Below are positions 9,001 to 14,637 of a stretch of 35,931 nucleotides of DNA, in pieces; position 1 is the first letter of the stretch; every line of letters begins with the position of its first letter. The stretch is from a virus. Taxonomy: Duplodnaviria; Caudoviricetes. Position numbers and translations under genes: made by a program. Location of the stretch: the IMG/VR virus record IMGVR_UViG_3300016466_000278, positions 1 through 35,931 of that record. One strand, written 5' to 3'. Below the pieces are notes generated by a model, which was not told the DNA's origin, ran no database searches, and saw nothing but the letters and a program-made list of their open reading frames with translations.

Positions 9001-10043
9001 GCCATGTTAGCGCCTATGATGGATGCTAAGCCTACGTTCTCAGCAATGTTGCCAGATATGCGTGTTCCATAACCCAGAGCCTTCGCGCCTGTAGTTCCTT
9101 TTGCGCCGATATTTGTAGCAACGCGGCCCAGATTAGCTTCTTTGGGAATTGCCTTTCCAGGACCCAGCAATGCGCCCGCAATCGTTCCGCCAAAATCGGT
9201 GATAATTTCCGCTTCGTCTTTAGGCGCAGAAAGCGGAACCGTTGGCAGCATCTCTATTTTTGGAGCCTGCTCGGTTCCAAAGCTCGATCTCCCCATGTCC
9301 TGCATACGGCTGGATTTAGAAGAGCCAACAGGCTCTTGACGGCCCATTGCAATTTCCAGCATTGACCGCCGCTTGCGTGTTTCGTCAAATTGCAGCGGAT
9401 TGCCGAGCATGTCATACGCCGGCCCGGGCCCGGACATAGCGTCTCCGAGTTCCAGAACCGCGTTTGCCGTGCCAGGACCCATTGCGTCGATTGCTTTGCC
9501 CGCAAAACGGACAGGAAGCATGCGATTTACATCGCCCTGCGACACAGTCCTGCCTTCAGGGTCAAACGTCTGCGTCGGCGCAATTCCAAAAGCAGAACCA
9601 CCGACACCCATCTCTCCAACAGCCTGTGATAGCGCATCCGACTGAGCGCGGCGCTGCTTAGCCATCTCTTCTGGAGCAGGACCGCTTTGCTCTTTGAGAT
9701 ACGCTCTCTGCGCTTGACGTGCTCTGGCGTTCCACTCCGTTGTTATAGGATTTGGAGCGTTGGTTTGCTTAAGCGCCGCCGTTTGACGATCGTAGCGATA
9801 AAGATCATCAAAAGCCTGACCTTCATTACCCCATGGCATAGGGTCGGTCACACGAGGCTTTGGCGGGCCCTTTATTGCGGGAGCCGGGGGCGGAACAGTA
9901 CGCCCTCTGCGCTGCAACTCTGCACGGATCTGATCCTGCGTGAGACCCTGCGTCTGTGGCTGAGATGGAGCTGTGCCCATGCCAGCTTCACGCGCACGGC
10001 GGCGCCTCTCGCGTTCAGCGAGCAGTTCTTCTTTCGTGAACAT
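1..10043 (-). CDS. Giant polyvalent virion ejection (internal) protein, at least 3347 aa, 3'-truncated by the window edge
   Basis: ATG at 10043 (MFTKEELLAERERRRRAREAG...) lies just after the stop of the upstream ejection gene, with a GGGGA SD-like site. Manual translation of this frame found no stop down to position 1. It occupies the third ejection-gene slot (P22 gp16-like position) and contains several recognisable enzymatic motifs. Confidence 0.93.
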   Translation of the reverse strand, partial: MFTKEELLAERERRRRAREAGMGTAPSQPQTQGLTQDQIRAELQRRGRTVPPPAPAIKGPPKPRVTDPMPWGNEGQAFDDLYRYDRQTAALKQTNAPNPITTEWNARARQAQRAYLKEQSGPAPEEMAKQRRAQSDALSQAVGEMGVGGSAFGIAPTQTFDPEGRTVSQGDVNRMLPVRFAGKAIDAMGPGTANAVLELGDAMSGPGPAYDMLGNPLQFDETRKRRSMLEIAMGRQEPVGSSKSSRMQDMGRSSFGTEQAPKIEMLPTVPLSAPKDEAEIITDFGGTIAGALLGPGKAIPKEANLGRVATNIGAKGTTGAKALGYGTRISGNIAENVGLASIIGANMAPEGQRVEMAGQLAADPLTWALGPALSAIYRSSIGIRTLGASITPQSIQLKQARQILLAENATDAQKQAAIETIDRMTPPVSPQELFNSLPDGEKQSVVQRLQQAGMTNEEIVAAIRSGNTEPPIRAGTQQADDAGPAPEPAPAPEPPPQAAAPAGPAPFSRSGEVLPPRGNLIVRNADRFIGGAVGGMVASPSAAASAGDDGSNNPLGTAGGVVAGALLPRALGNAGGRLGRTIQRAAGGAANASRFDQRVSSALVRRQLEEAGLTSPAAVQAAMRAAFGNEPATIADLTQQGLGTAVGLTRLPGTTGEVAAARAAELAETSMGRTQAGIEDAIRGVNRGLNPGTITGDVDELIAAAQAEASPAYQALRAQYPLGSLDSGRLMELLDQDIMRPHVQAAQRYRDTIAISEGRQVGDFEFVDIVKRSLDDAEQRAIGRNERVPYDLESARVALLEEMDRLVPGYPEARRLGGEAPRMRQAFSEGQRLLQGRFSVEDIGRIIEETTGAALTATQAGVIRAMIGKVETGRGALQALTGPGTRQKLARVFGQEAADAMQARFKAEEALMRNARQMDPNVGSVTSRAMLSEPAGVGPMIAQAVNTVRNPLEAGLAYLSKSGAYSQAQRDLMGEMLLGGATDANLARIFPPGRTRPPRGRRGGPPPAAPQGGPPPASGRGPAAGPASAGPVDDLPRGPAPAAVQSDPPFPDTGPATAGQADPSPSRVPVSEQVGPWDGPVPKKPQSLVAWIRSQGGIKDTNFMRGDLRSIMGRANGMPGLLNNKSGTAIDELTRRAYNQGFDVDPEDANSLMRLINEEFGGNPSYRIGAREEWDIYQEWLAARRGDFDDPTSRSPAFIGGAGVGALTGAAMNPDDPAAGALIGAGVGAVGGAAAGRMLRRGGPPPRRMPPGRGVNAMGLGGGSRASSDDIIRQAEAQGYAGQDIGEAQEWVRAREKGLDMSQGARMERARAMGFDTDTVLYHGTPDSRGVWTDGFKTPKEKFGQTDPERVYFFAEDRKTASTYADDRRAFDYQNATAETIPVYLRMQNPKVIQWNGRPFRGREKDGSGFAIRDYIDQARAEGHDGVIIRNVIDTYDGKGKPSTIRAVFNPANIRSVNAAFDPAEAGSRNILAGMGANPAATGALTVGAAGVVAPYDTDGDGVIDDNDRAAFVIGNMITGGVGGAVAGRLMPKAARRGPPTGPATMGVGGRGETGRQIKAETNKLAASIRMSAGEKALTILESLPKQETGANMLQALRSSGVLLTPEERATFQAVFPASTRASRRDVESFFKTVASPRNHFAQNIEGFGEVGKRLTDEELDSLSAKTAPQVMAILNDLRNISPIEEGAAVAIAGAAKKGWYLRSQKALEAIFGVDAPRFAAVLAAMSPQTSVESNLTNAVSFWTNWTKAGRPTDEARVLEILGQSVQGGKGEGSVLDAWRNNTVRAVTAENPIEALLSGPKVDSFRRNLRAREVPGVAGPSSELAQRGANAVMDDTEYATTLDAWMANYFNFDQELFARGGGKSQPGYSPGYLAGNAYTREVAEYLTKKTGEAWSPREVQETIWSWAKTLFEARQAAGESRSAFQLIREKALTDAQIGGTPDFAILLSESPALRAVLEEAGYGRQIADLAGNPGAIQGNAPSFLGVRSGPQDATGSGFSQRDYDRRLGRAASRLDDLADRRARDAREERVRTTRSNITSDGGSPRAYTQESGRDSAPVRVLGQRAVATYTPDRDYQRAYAKNQIEMPDVHELPANPQAGAAYAKRMQEATSKSPYGAAVHIYSPEEYASMRLFVAADGKAGFALKGDDIVSAWSDPKGRRGRMDSLIPLAVQMGGRRLDAFDTVLPQIYSRHGFRIESRLRWNDEFAPSGWDKSLFSEFNNGQPDVVFMVWDPAYNGRPKATDGVVASSYEEAVAVQAASQKEIADRISSGAILSSEVSPAQTQARSNNILSAFPGADDAAIRQGTGRQIKAETRRDLDAMGFYSAVQETAKLIPDNIWNMGWQAARSALAKGREGITPRKTEIEYLGLDAMFGDTSRSYVLKGAELKDAVMEHIAAKRLSLVENFARFDPNAKRPTKAVMLDELSDSALVNVLNVTTLSRGDSKGKIITATLSREGEFNTDMYIKPIDAEVSDDPVKRYDMPSRLYNLYRGADLTEKRELIATGTIAELRAKAARIIVNENRARVLRNASKENIEYYWDYERFEGGGLVRGPGDIRLPGEDVPLFEAVIGIPKGVPGADYQAIVSHVGGKAKGTLVTAHGEERVDDMGQRTVFVGQVQSDMAQEARKPKNQIKDGDKLTIERINDLYWMVDENGKVVSQSFENPDAAEAALSFIKTAAGAPLLTTSEWTNVAVRAMIYRAARGGFQSISFPTAETSKIIQKNDFAAQHYETNVKGALEKIGKQLGGKVRKGWVEYDQDYPDLNDQSRQIVRLSDGTEISRGELIESLHSEYGITTGTLARMVSDALYGDLSYWTELGRPRKTIKAAQYLEGLAPTGKMVELPVGRASSYILDITPAMREKIMSEGFPLFAFPGAGNLAQAGAGVGGAAYGYARGSDLNEDGVIDDQERMTSAVALGALGLGTAGLARMRMGMGRAKPPSAAKAGPPVQATASGRSVKPPGVKGPPGTISRMVAGGATGGAVGALAGEASGQDDLTADIAKTRQEIEDLQAALKEWDKLDVKGKQELLVKLGRVQSYYTNDKGKRVKFADGTTGDRTEAAFNAYVKDKTDALTTARNDLIDFETRSAYREFQQEQNPFVDALRELGPSGAAIVGGVAATVLRARGVGKSKEAVKLIEADINDLLTKGPVKSLLKKGGAANTERNRAVNMNQFYRQGGAPEEKLPFVYGSSGWKVNPKKAPVGSLYTPKTTEKMDGVGSSVLRPFDVKVIGAGLFDAALVTPFVEDAKEELRKAQEDVEKGNESIEALRRVEKAKTNVAMYEALQRLGLGVAGAGVLGLGYRYKLPKPDIRSADEEVTAISDFLKANAPPKPPRAPRAPRTQPPAVVG
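845..990 (-). other. Peptidoglycan-binding-like motif within the giant protein
   Basis: VKGKQELLVKLG...ADGTTGDRTEAAFNAY resembles the PG_binding_1 pattern Q..L..LG...DG..G..T..A. Confidence 0.45.
1436..3090 (-). other. Large polyvalent-protein domain (FYS...QSD...LDITPAMR...PLF) within the giant protein; function unknown
   Basis: Starts DAMGFYSAV, contains GQRTVFVGQVQSDMAQEAR and APLLTTSEWTNVAVRAMIYRAARGGFQSISFPT, and ends YILDITPAMREKIMSEGFPLF. This is a variant of the EEIQSDW-motif module I recognise from giant phage proteins. Confidence 0.6.
3335..3770 (-). other. GNAT-fold acetyltransferase-like domain within the giant protein
   Basis: YSPEEYASMRLFVAADGKAGFALKGDDIVSAWSDPKGRRGRMDSLIPLAVQMGGRRLDAFDTVLPQIYSRHGFRIESRLRWNDEFAPSGWDK...QPDVVFMVWDP. 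It has a GNAT motif B-like segment (L...Y...GF). Confidence 0.65.
3860..4159 (-). CDS. Nested out-of-frame small protein (99 aa) inside the giant ORF; candidate immunity/antitoxin
   Basis: ATG at 4159 with GAGGAGG (4166-4172) 6 nt upstream and its own promoter. The product is protein-like and helical (MDDKSQISPEILAQFKEML...DPISQAMEDHPGLTRKKAEEIARLFGF). The host frame over the same bases is an R/G/S/D-rich low-complexity linker. Confidence 0.75.
   Translation of the reverse strand: MDDKSQISPEILAQFKEMLQVSSEYAQGRKMRLAQALAKEIMTGGLDALPRASTTLPTGEPVTPARNEFGPLDPISQAMEDHPGLTRKKAEEIARLFGF
4207..4234 (-). promoter_or_regulatory. sigma70-type internal promoter for the nested gene
   Basis: Minus strand TTGGCG (4234-4229), 16-nt spacer, TATACT (4212-4207) with an extended -10 TG (TGcTATACT). 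The palindrome TGGCG-ttc-CGCCA (4221-4233) overlaps the -35. Confidence 0.7.
4320..4965 (-). other. Helix-hairpin-helix DNA-glycosylase-like (DUF7178-like) domain within the giant protein
   Basis: KKGWYLRSQKAL...FAAVLAAMSPQTSVESNL...LSGPKVDSFRRNL...TTLDAWM...WSPREVQETIW motif series, recognised by eye. The family name is unverified. Confidence 0.55.
5645..6155 (-). other. ADP-ribosyltransferase-like domain (ART-PolyVal type) within the giant protein
   Basis: LDMSQGARMERARAMGFDTDTVLYHGT...VYFFAEDRKTASTYA...IPVYLRMQNP...EGHDGVIIRNVID...VFNPANIRSVNAAFDP. This is the YHGT / YF / A..YA / GxDG / VF.P..I.S pattern of ART domains in phage polyvalent proteins. Confidence 0.8.
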
Positions 10044-10046
10044 GTG

Positions 10047-11921
10047 TCAGTTCCCCGCGCCGGCCAGCATGGCTTCGAGTTCTTCGTCCGTCAGGTCTTC
10101 AGCACGCTTTTCACCAGAAACAATGCTTGGCGAAGACGCTATTCCGGTGCTTGCGTTGATAATCGCCTGAAGACGCTGACGTGACGCCTGCTCTCGCTTC
10201 AGCCTTGCCTCATTATCTTTCTGCATCGCGATATTCATAGCCTTCAGACGCGCCAAAAATTCTTCACCGGCTTTACGCGCGGCATCGTCCCCCTGCCTGA
10301 CATTCATCAGGCGAGTTGCTGCAGCTTGAAGTTTTGCACCCTCAGCATCTGAAAGCGGTCCAGTTCCTCTCAATCCAGGTATGGCCTGCAGGAATGCCTG
10401 ACCGCCAAGCTGCTCAAGCATCGCCATCCCGTTTGCGCGCGGGCTGCCTGGAGCCACCTGCCAGTTCAATAAATCATTGCCTTTGCCATCTGGGTTGATC
10501 CAATTGCCGTATGTGTCCTCAAATCGCTGTTTTGCTTCTGGGTCTTCCACGTTCAGGAAGTCTTCCAACAGGGCAATCGAAGAATTTAGCGTTGAAAGAT
10601 TGTTTCGCGCAATCGCATCAACTTCCGCCTGTTTGGCTTCCATCTCGTCAAGGCGCGCCTGCGCTTGGAAGCCCTGATAGTCTGTCATCCCGCCCGTAGC
10701 GGCTGATGAAGGCGATGCATCCTTTTGATTGATCGCAACGACATTGCCCGTTTGCGTATCAAAAACCTGAGATCCATCGGACATATTTATGAAGCGATTT
10801 GTGTTCGAAGATCCGCTTGGAATGCCGCGAACGCCCTCAACACGTATAGCCGCTCCCGAGTAAGGATTAACGTAATAAACCTGCCCGTCGGCTCCAATAA
10901 ACTGGTCCATCTTTACGGGCTCATCGCCCTTGATCATCTCTTTGTAATAATCCTCAAACACACCAGCATTGTAAGCTCGTAGAGCTTCAGGTCCCATTTC
11001 TTTTACAGCCTGCATTTGCTGCTGACGAGCATTGCGTGCGTCGATCGCCTTGAGCGGATCTTCGCTCATCTCAATTGCGTATTGCTCGTCCGGAGAAAGG
11101 TTTAGCTTTTCCATGTAAGACGTCAGCTTTGCCTTTGCCTCCTCAAGGTCGACACGGTCGCGGCTTTTGTCGCGACCCTGCGGAGACATAAAGAAGTACT
11201 GCAGGCTTGATACGTCCATTTCGTTTGGATCGTAACCGATCATGCTCTCAAAGAAGTTCGGCTGCGCGTTCTGCATATTGTTTCTGGCTGCATAGCTGCC
11301 AGGAACAGGACCGCGCCCGAAGGCTCCCATTGAGGGCGTCGGTTGCGATGCTGAAAGAGGCTCTGACGACCGCATGACCGGAACACCAGAAGAGTTCAAT
11401 GTCGGCCCCGTTCCGCCAAAGTTAGGCACATTGATGTTATAGTCCCGCGCCATTTGCTCACGTGTCAGTGGAGCATTTGCCGATGTCAGGCTGCTGGCAG
11501 TGTTTGGTGAAGCGCCTGAAGGTCCGCGCCCCATCATCCCCAGCTCAGGCATTTTTCTCCGCATCGCGGCGCCGATCGCTGATCCTAACCCGGCCCTCTT
11601 CACAGGCTGCATGGGAGCCCCATCAGACAGCATCGACCCAGTAGCTGCAGCGGGCATTTCACCGGCAAACCGCGTCGTCCGGTCGGCAGCAGGGCGCGCC
11701 TGCAACTGACTACGCATGTTGGCCCAGTTCTGCTGAGAGGCCTTTCTTCTCATGTCCTGACCACCACGGGTAAGTGGAAAGCCGCCATCGCCCATCAGTG
11801 GGTCCATGTTTCTGGACGTGATCTCCGTCTGTCCAGCAAGCCTTTTGCGAGCTTGCTCTTCGGCAATACGGCGCGCGACCTCAGGCGCAGCAGCGCCGAG
11901 GCCAAACATTCCGAATTTCAT
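10047..11921 (-). CDS. DNA ejection/transfer protein (P22 gp20-like)
   Basis: 624 aa. The C-terminal LGGQAFLQAIPGLRGTGPLSDAEGAKLQAAATRL resembles the gp20-type injection motif, and the gene lies in the ejection cluster. Confidence 0.7.
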   Translation of the reverse strand: MKFGMFGLGAAAPEVARRIAEEQARKRLAGQTEITSRNMDPLMGDGGFPLTRGGQDMRRKASQQNWANMRSQLQARPAADRTTRFAGEMPAAATGSMLSDGAPMQPVKRAGLGSAIGAAMRRKMPELGMMGRGPSGASPNTASSLTSANAPLTREQMARDYNINVPNFGGTGPTLNSSGVPVMRSSEPLSASQPTPSMGAFGRGPVPGSYAARNNMQNAQPNFFESMIGYDPNEMDVSSLQYFFMSPQGRDKSRDRVDLEEAKAKLTSYMEKLNLSPDEQYAIEMSEDPLKAIDARNARQQQMQAVKEMGPEALRAYNAGVFEDYYKEMIKGDEPVKMDQFIGADGQVYYVNPYSGAAIRVEGVRGIPSGSSNTNRFINMSDGSQVFDTQTGNVVAINQKDASPSSAATGGMTDYQGFQAQARLDEMEAKQAEVDAIARNNLSTLNSSIALLEDFLNVEDPEAKQRFEDTYGNWINPDGKGNDLLNWQVAPGSPRANGMAMLEQLGGQAFLQAIPGLRGTGPLSDAEGAKLQAAATRLMNVRQGDDAARKAGEEFLARLKAMNIAMQKDNEARLKREQASRQRLQAIINASTGIASSPSIVSGEKRAEDLTDEELEAMLAGAGN

Positions 11922-11959
11922 GGCGGTTTGTCCTTGAAGACGTCAATTACTGTTCGGCA

Positions 11960-12982
11960 TCAACCAAAAGGAGTCCAGTCTTTGAAACCGAAGTTTGATT
12001 CACTTGCTTTGCGCGTCCCTGTCCCGGTCGTGTTCTGTGTCTGCAGCATTGGGGTAGAGCCAAGGATGCCCTGACGCACCTGAAGCTCAAGCATGAACTT
12101 ATTCAGGCGGTCTGCAGCCTCGCGATCGAACTCGGCGCGATCGGCAAGCAGACGCGCCTGCTCAATATCGCGCTCCGTGGCCCCGATCTGAGCCATCATG
12201 TTTGCCTGCTGAGCCCACTCAGCATTCCTCTGGCCAGCCAGATTGCCAAGGAGGCCAGCTTCCTGGAAGCGCTGCTGGGCGGCAAACTGAGCCGCCTGAT
12301 CGCGTCTCTGGGCGTCCGCCATACGGGCCCCATAGCCGGCTTGAGAGTTGTACTGCTCAGCAGCCATCATGTTGCCGCTCTCACGCTCATCCGCTGCCAT
12401 GGCGTCATTGTAGCCGCGATAGAGCAGATCAGCGTTCATGCTGGCTAGGTCCATCGCAGCCTTGCGACGTAACTCAGCGTCAGCCACGCCGTGGCGTGAT
12501 CCTCCAAAGGCGCCGGAGCGCGTGGCCCGCGCCTGATTGTCCATCAGCTGACGATCGCGCGCCTCGTTTGCATAAGCCTCAGCAGAATTAACAACCTGGC
12601 TGATGAAGGGGTTCTGGCGCGCCTTGATCCTTTCGGCATCAAAGCCACGGTAGTTGACCTTGTCGGGGCCAAGAACACCCTCCGGCTTCCACTCAGCAGC
12701 CCCGCCCGCCTTCGCCGCAGCCGCAGCATCATCGAGCAGGCCGCCAGATCCCGATCCAGCAAAGATACGGTCCCGAGCCCTCACCTGCCCCTCGCTCATG
12801 CCAGCCACCATAGGCTTTGTGTAAGGCGTGAAAGGCGTTGAGGCGTAGTTCTGCGTCATCCCAAGCATGTCGCCCGTCTGCTTCTCCCACTGGTTCCGAG
12901 ACCAGTCTGTAAGCGCCTGCGTCTGCGTCTGGTTCGTCGTCTCAGTCGCCTTGGACTTTGACTTGCCGCCGCTCAGTGACAT
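11960..12982 (-). CDS. DNA ejection/pilot protein (P22 gp7-like position)
   Basis: 340 aa, Q/A/G-rich and helical, with N-terminal GGKSKSKATETTNQ and internal NPF and GAFGGSRHGVA motifs typical of the first ejection protein. Confidence 0.7.
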   Translation of the reverse strand: MSLSGGKSKSKATETTNQTQTQALTDWSRNQWEKQTGDMLGMTQNYASTPFTPYTKPMVAGMSEGQVRARDRIFAGSGSGGLLDDAAAAAKAGGAAEWKPEGVLGPDKVNYRGFDAERIKARQNPFISQVVNSAEAYANEARDRQLMDNQARATRSGAFGGSRHGVADAELRRKAAMDLASMNADLLYRGYNDAMAADERESGNMMAAEQYNSQAGYGARMADAQRRDQAAQFAAQQRFQEAGLLGNLAGQRNAEWAQQANMMAQIGATERDIEQARLLADRAEFDREAADRLNKFMLELQVRQGILGSTPMLQTQNTTGTGTRKASESNFGFKDWTPFG

Positions 12983-12983
12983 C

Positions 12984-13319
12984 TCAGATCTCCTTCAGTA
13001 CATGCGGCTGATAGCCAATCGGTTGAAGAACACGCGACCAGCCCTCACGACCGCCCGCAATAACAACATCACACCCAAGACGCTTGGCTTCCGCCTCACA
13101 CGCAGCCGACATGCCGGCGAGTTCGCGCGCATTACCACCCGCCGCCCAGATCCACATGGCGCGCATGGGACGCACATATGTCACCGCAGCAGAGTTCTCT
13201 CCAGCCCAAAACATGGCCCTGCCGGCCTCAATCTCAGTGTTGAGGTCCTCAACAGTGAAACCCTCTGGCGACCGGGCCAATGCCGCCTCGATTAGGACCC
13301 GATGATGCGGGAGCATCAC
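12984..13319 (-). CDS. Small GNAT-fold-like virion morphogenesis protein
   Basis: IWAAGG...EAEAKRLGCDVVIAGGREGWSRVL pattern, in the usual position just before the ejection genes. Confidence 0.6.
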   Translation of the reverse strand: MMLPHHRVLIEAALARSPEGFTVEDLNTEIEAGRAMFWAGENSAAVTYVRPMRAMWIWAAGGNARELAGMSAACEAEAKRLGCDVVIAGGREGWSRVLQPIGYQPHVLKEI

Positions 13320-13636
13320 ACAGCAGGCCCAGGCTGAGGCATGGGATACAGCATAGGCTGCGGAATGACCGGCGGGTTCAGGAGCGTGTTGACCCTGTAC
13401 AGCTCGCCCTGAAGATTTTGCGGCACAGCCGCGAACATGGAGAGCATGTTCCGAACCTGCATCTTGGCGTTGTTCTCAGGCATCTTGACGACGATGCCGT
13501 CCAGAGCCGTGCGGATGATAAGGGCTTCCTCACCGCTCAGGATCTCTATGGCTCCCTCAATGAGGGGCTTTTCATGCTCTGCAAGAGCAACATTCAGCTC
13601 AGCCTGCTGTGTAAGCAGGTCTTCAAGTATGGGCAT
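13316..13636 (-). CDS. Hypothetical protein
   Basis: 106 aa with an AGGAG SD, packed tightly between neighbouring genes. Confidence 0.75.
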   Translation of the reverse strand: MPILEDLLTQQAELNVALAEHEKPLIEGAIEILSGEEALIIRTALDGIVVKMPENNAKMQVRNMLSMFAAVPQNLQGELYRVNTLLNPPVIPQPMLYPMPQPGPAV

Positions 13637-13645
13637 GAGTGTCTC

Positions 13646-14362
13646 CTAGAAGTTCGTTACGTCGATAACGATAAATTTAGGGGTAGAAGGCGTGTAAGTG
13701 ACATCCGTCGTCGTTCCGCTGGGAACGATATCGTCTACCTGTAATGGTGCTCCTGTTGGCATCACGAGGCCTATTGATGGCCATGGGATATAAAGCGTTA
13801 CTCCGTCGAATTTATGCCCGGCGCAGTAGCTGATGTATCGGTAGTTGTTTGGCACGGCCTGATAGAAGTTCCGCGAACGAAAGCCGGTGGCGCCCTGAAT
13901 CACTGCGTATGTGCGACCGGATGCCAATGTGTTGCCCGTCGTGCCACCCGTTCCGGCATCGTAAACCGTGTTAATCCGCATGACTTTTGCGCCGGAATGA
14001 AACACGACGTCACCAGACGAGTTGAAAACCTCAAATCCAAAGTTATCGCCCGATATCGTCTCAGCCGCATCGAAGACCCAATAGTCGAAGGTATGACTCT
14101 GCGTGTTACTCGCCACAATCCACTTGTAGGTCGATCCGCTGATTTCAGTGCCAATGACTGACACATAAACAGTCGACCGCAGAGCGATCATTGGCCGGTT
14201 GCAGCTGGAGACGCTTATCTCAGCTTTGTATATGCCCGCCGTTCCGCCGATGCTTGTCGATCCGGTCGTCTCCGTGCCGGAAGCCTTGCGAGTGAAATTA
14301 CGATACTCTTCGTCTATGCAGATTTCGCCGTCATCGTTTTTAACCTGCAATCCTGTCGGCAT
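13646..14362 (-). CDS. Tail tip / receptor-binding accessory protein
   Basis: 238 aa, beta-rich, with repeated G(L/F)(Q/E)V.N..G motifs (GLQVKNDDG, GFEVFNSSG) typical of proteins downstream of central tail fibers. Confidence 0.65.
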   Translation of the reverse strand: MPTGLQVKNDDGEICIDEEYRNFTRKASGTETTGSTSIGGTAGIYKAEISVSSCNRPMIALRSTVYVSVIGTEISGSTYKWIVASNTQSHTFDYWVFDAAETISGDNFGFEVFNSSGDVVFHSGAKVMRINTVYDAGTGGTTGNTLASGRTYAVIQGATGFRSRNFYQAVPNNYRYISYCAGHKFDGVTLYIPWPSIGLVMPTGAPLQVDDIVPSGTTTDVTYTPSTPKFIVIDVTNF

Positions 14363-14637
14363 CAGTAGACACCATAAACGATGTATCCGTTTTCCTCAGC
14401 AGTGTTGTCCCAGCTGATCGTGGTCCCAGACACGCTGATGGCCGGCTGCTTGGTGAAATACTGCGTTGTGGTCACCTGAAAGATCCAGAATGGGCGTCCG
14501 GTTGTGAGACCGGCGTTGGTTGCACTGCCTGCCGTGCTGGCCGTCACAGTGACATTTCCCAGCACGCGACCGGCGTTCGTATTGGTGTCGAAGACAAGAT
14601 TGCCAGACGTGTCCCATATCTGCAGACCTTGTGGCAT
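14362..14637 (-). CDS. Small tail tip accessory protein
   Basis: MPQGLQIWDTSGNLVFDTN...YIVYGVY. Its ATG overlaps the upstream TAA (TAATG). Confidence 0.7.
   Translation of the reverse strand: MPQGLQIWDTSGNLVFDTNTNAGRVLGNVTVTASTAGSATNAGLTTGRPFWIFQVTTTQYFTKQPAISVSGTTISWDNTAEENGYIVYGVY

Noticed and set aside
253-10184. Many plus-strand ORFs over the left 10 kb (for example 1677-2129, 2148-2714, 5880-6833, 7975-8556)
   Set aside because: They are antisense shadows of the giant minus-strand ORF, with no convincing RBS and non-protein-like composition.
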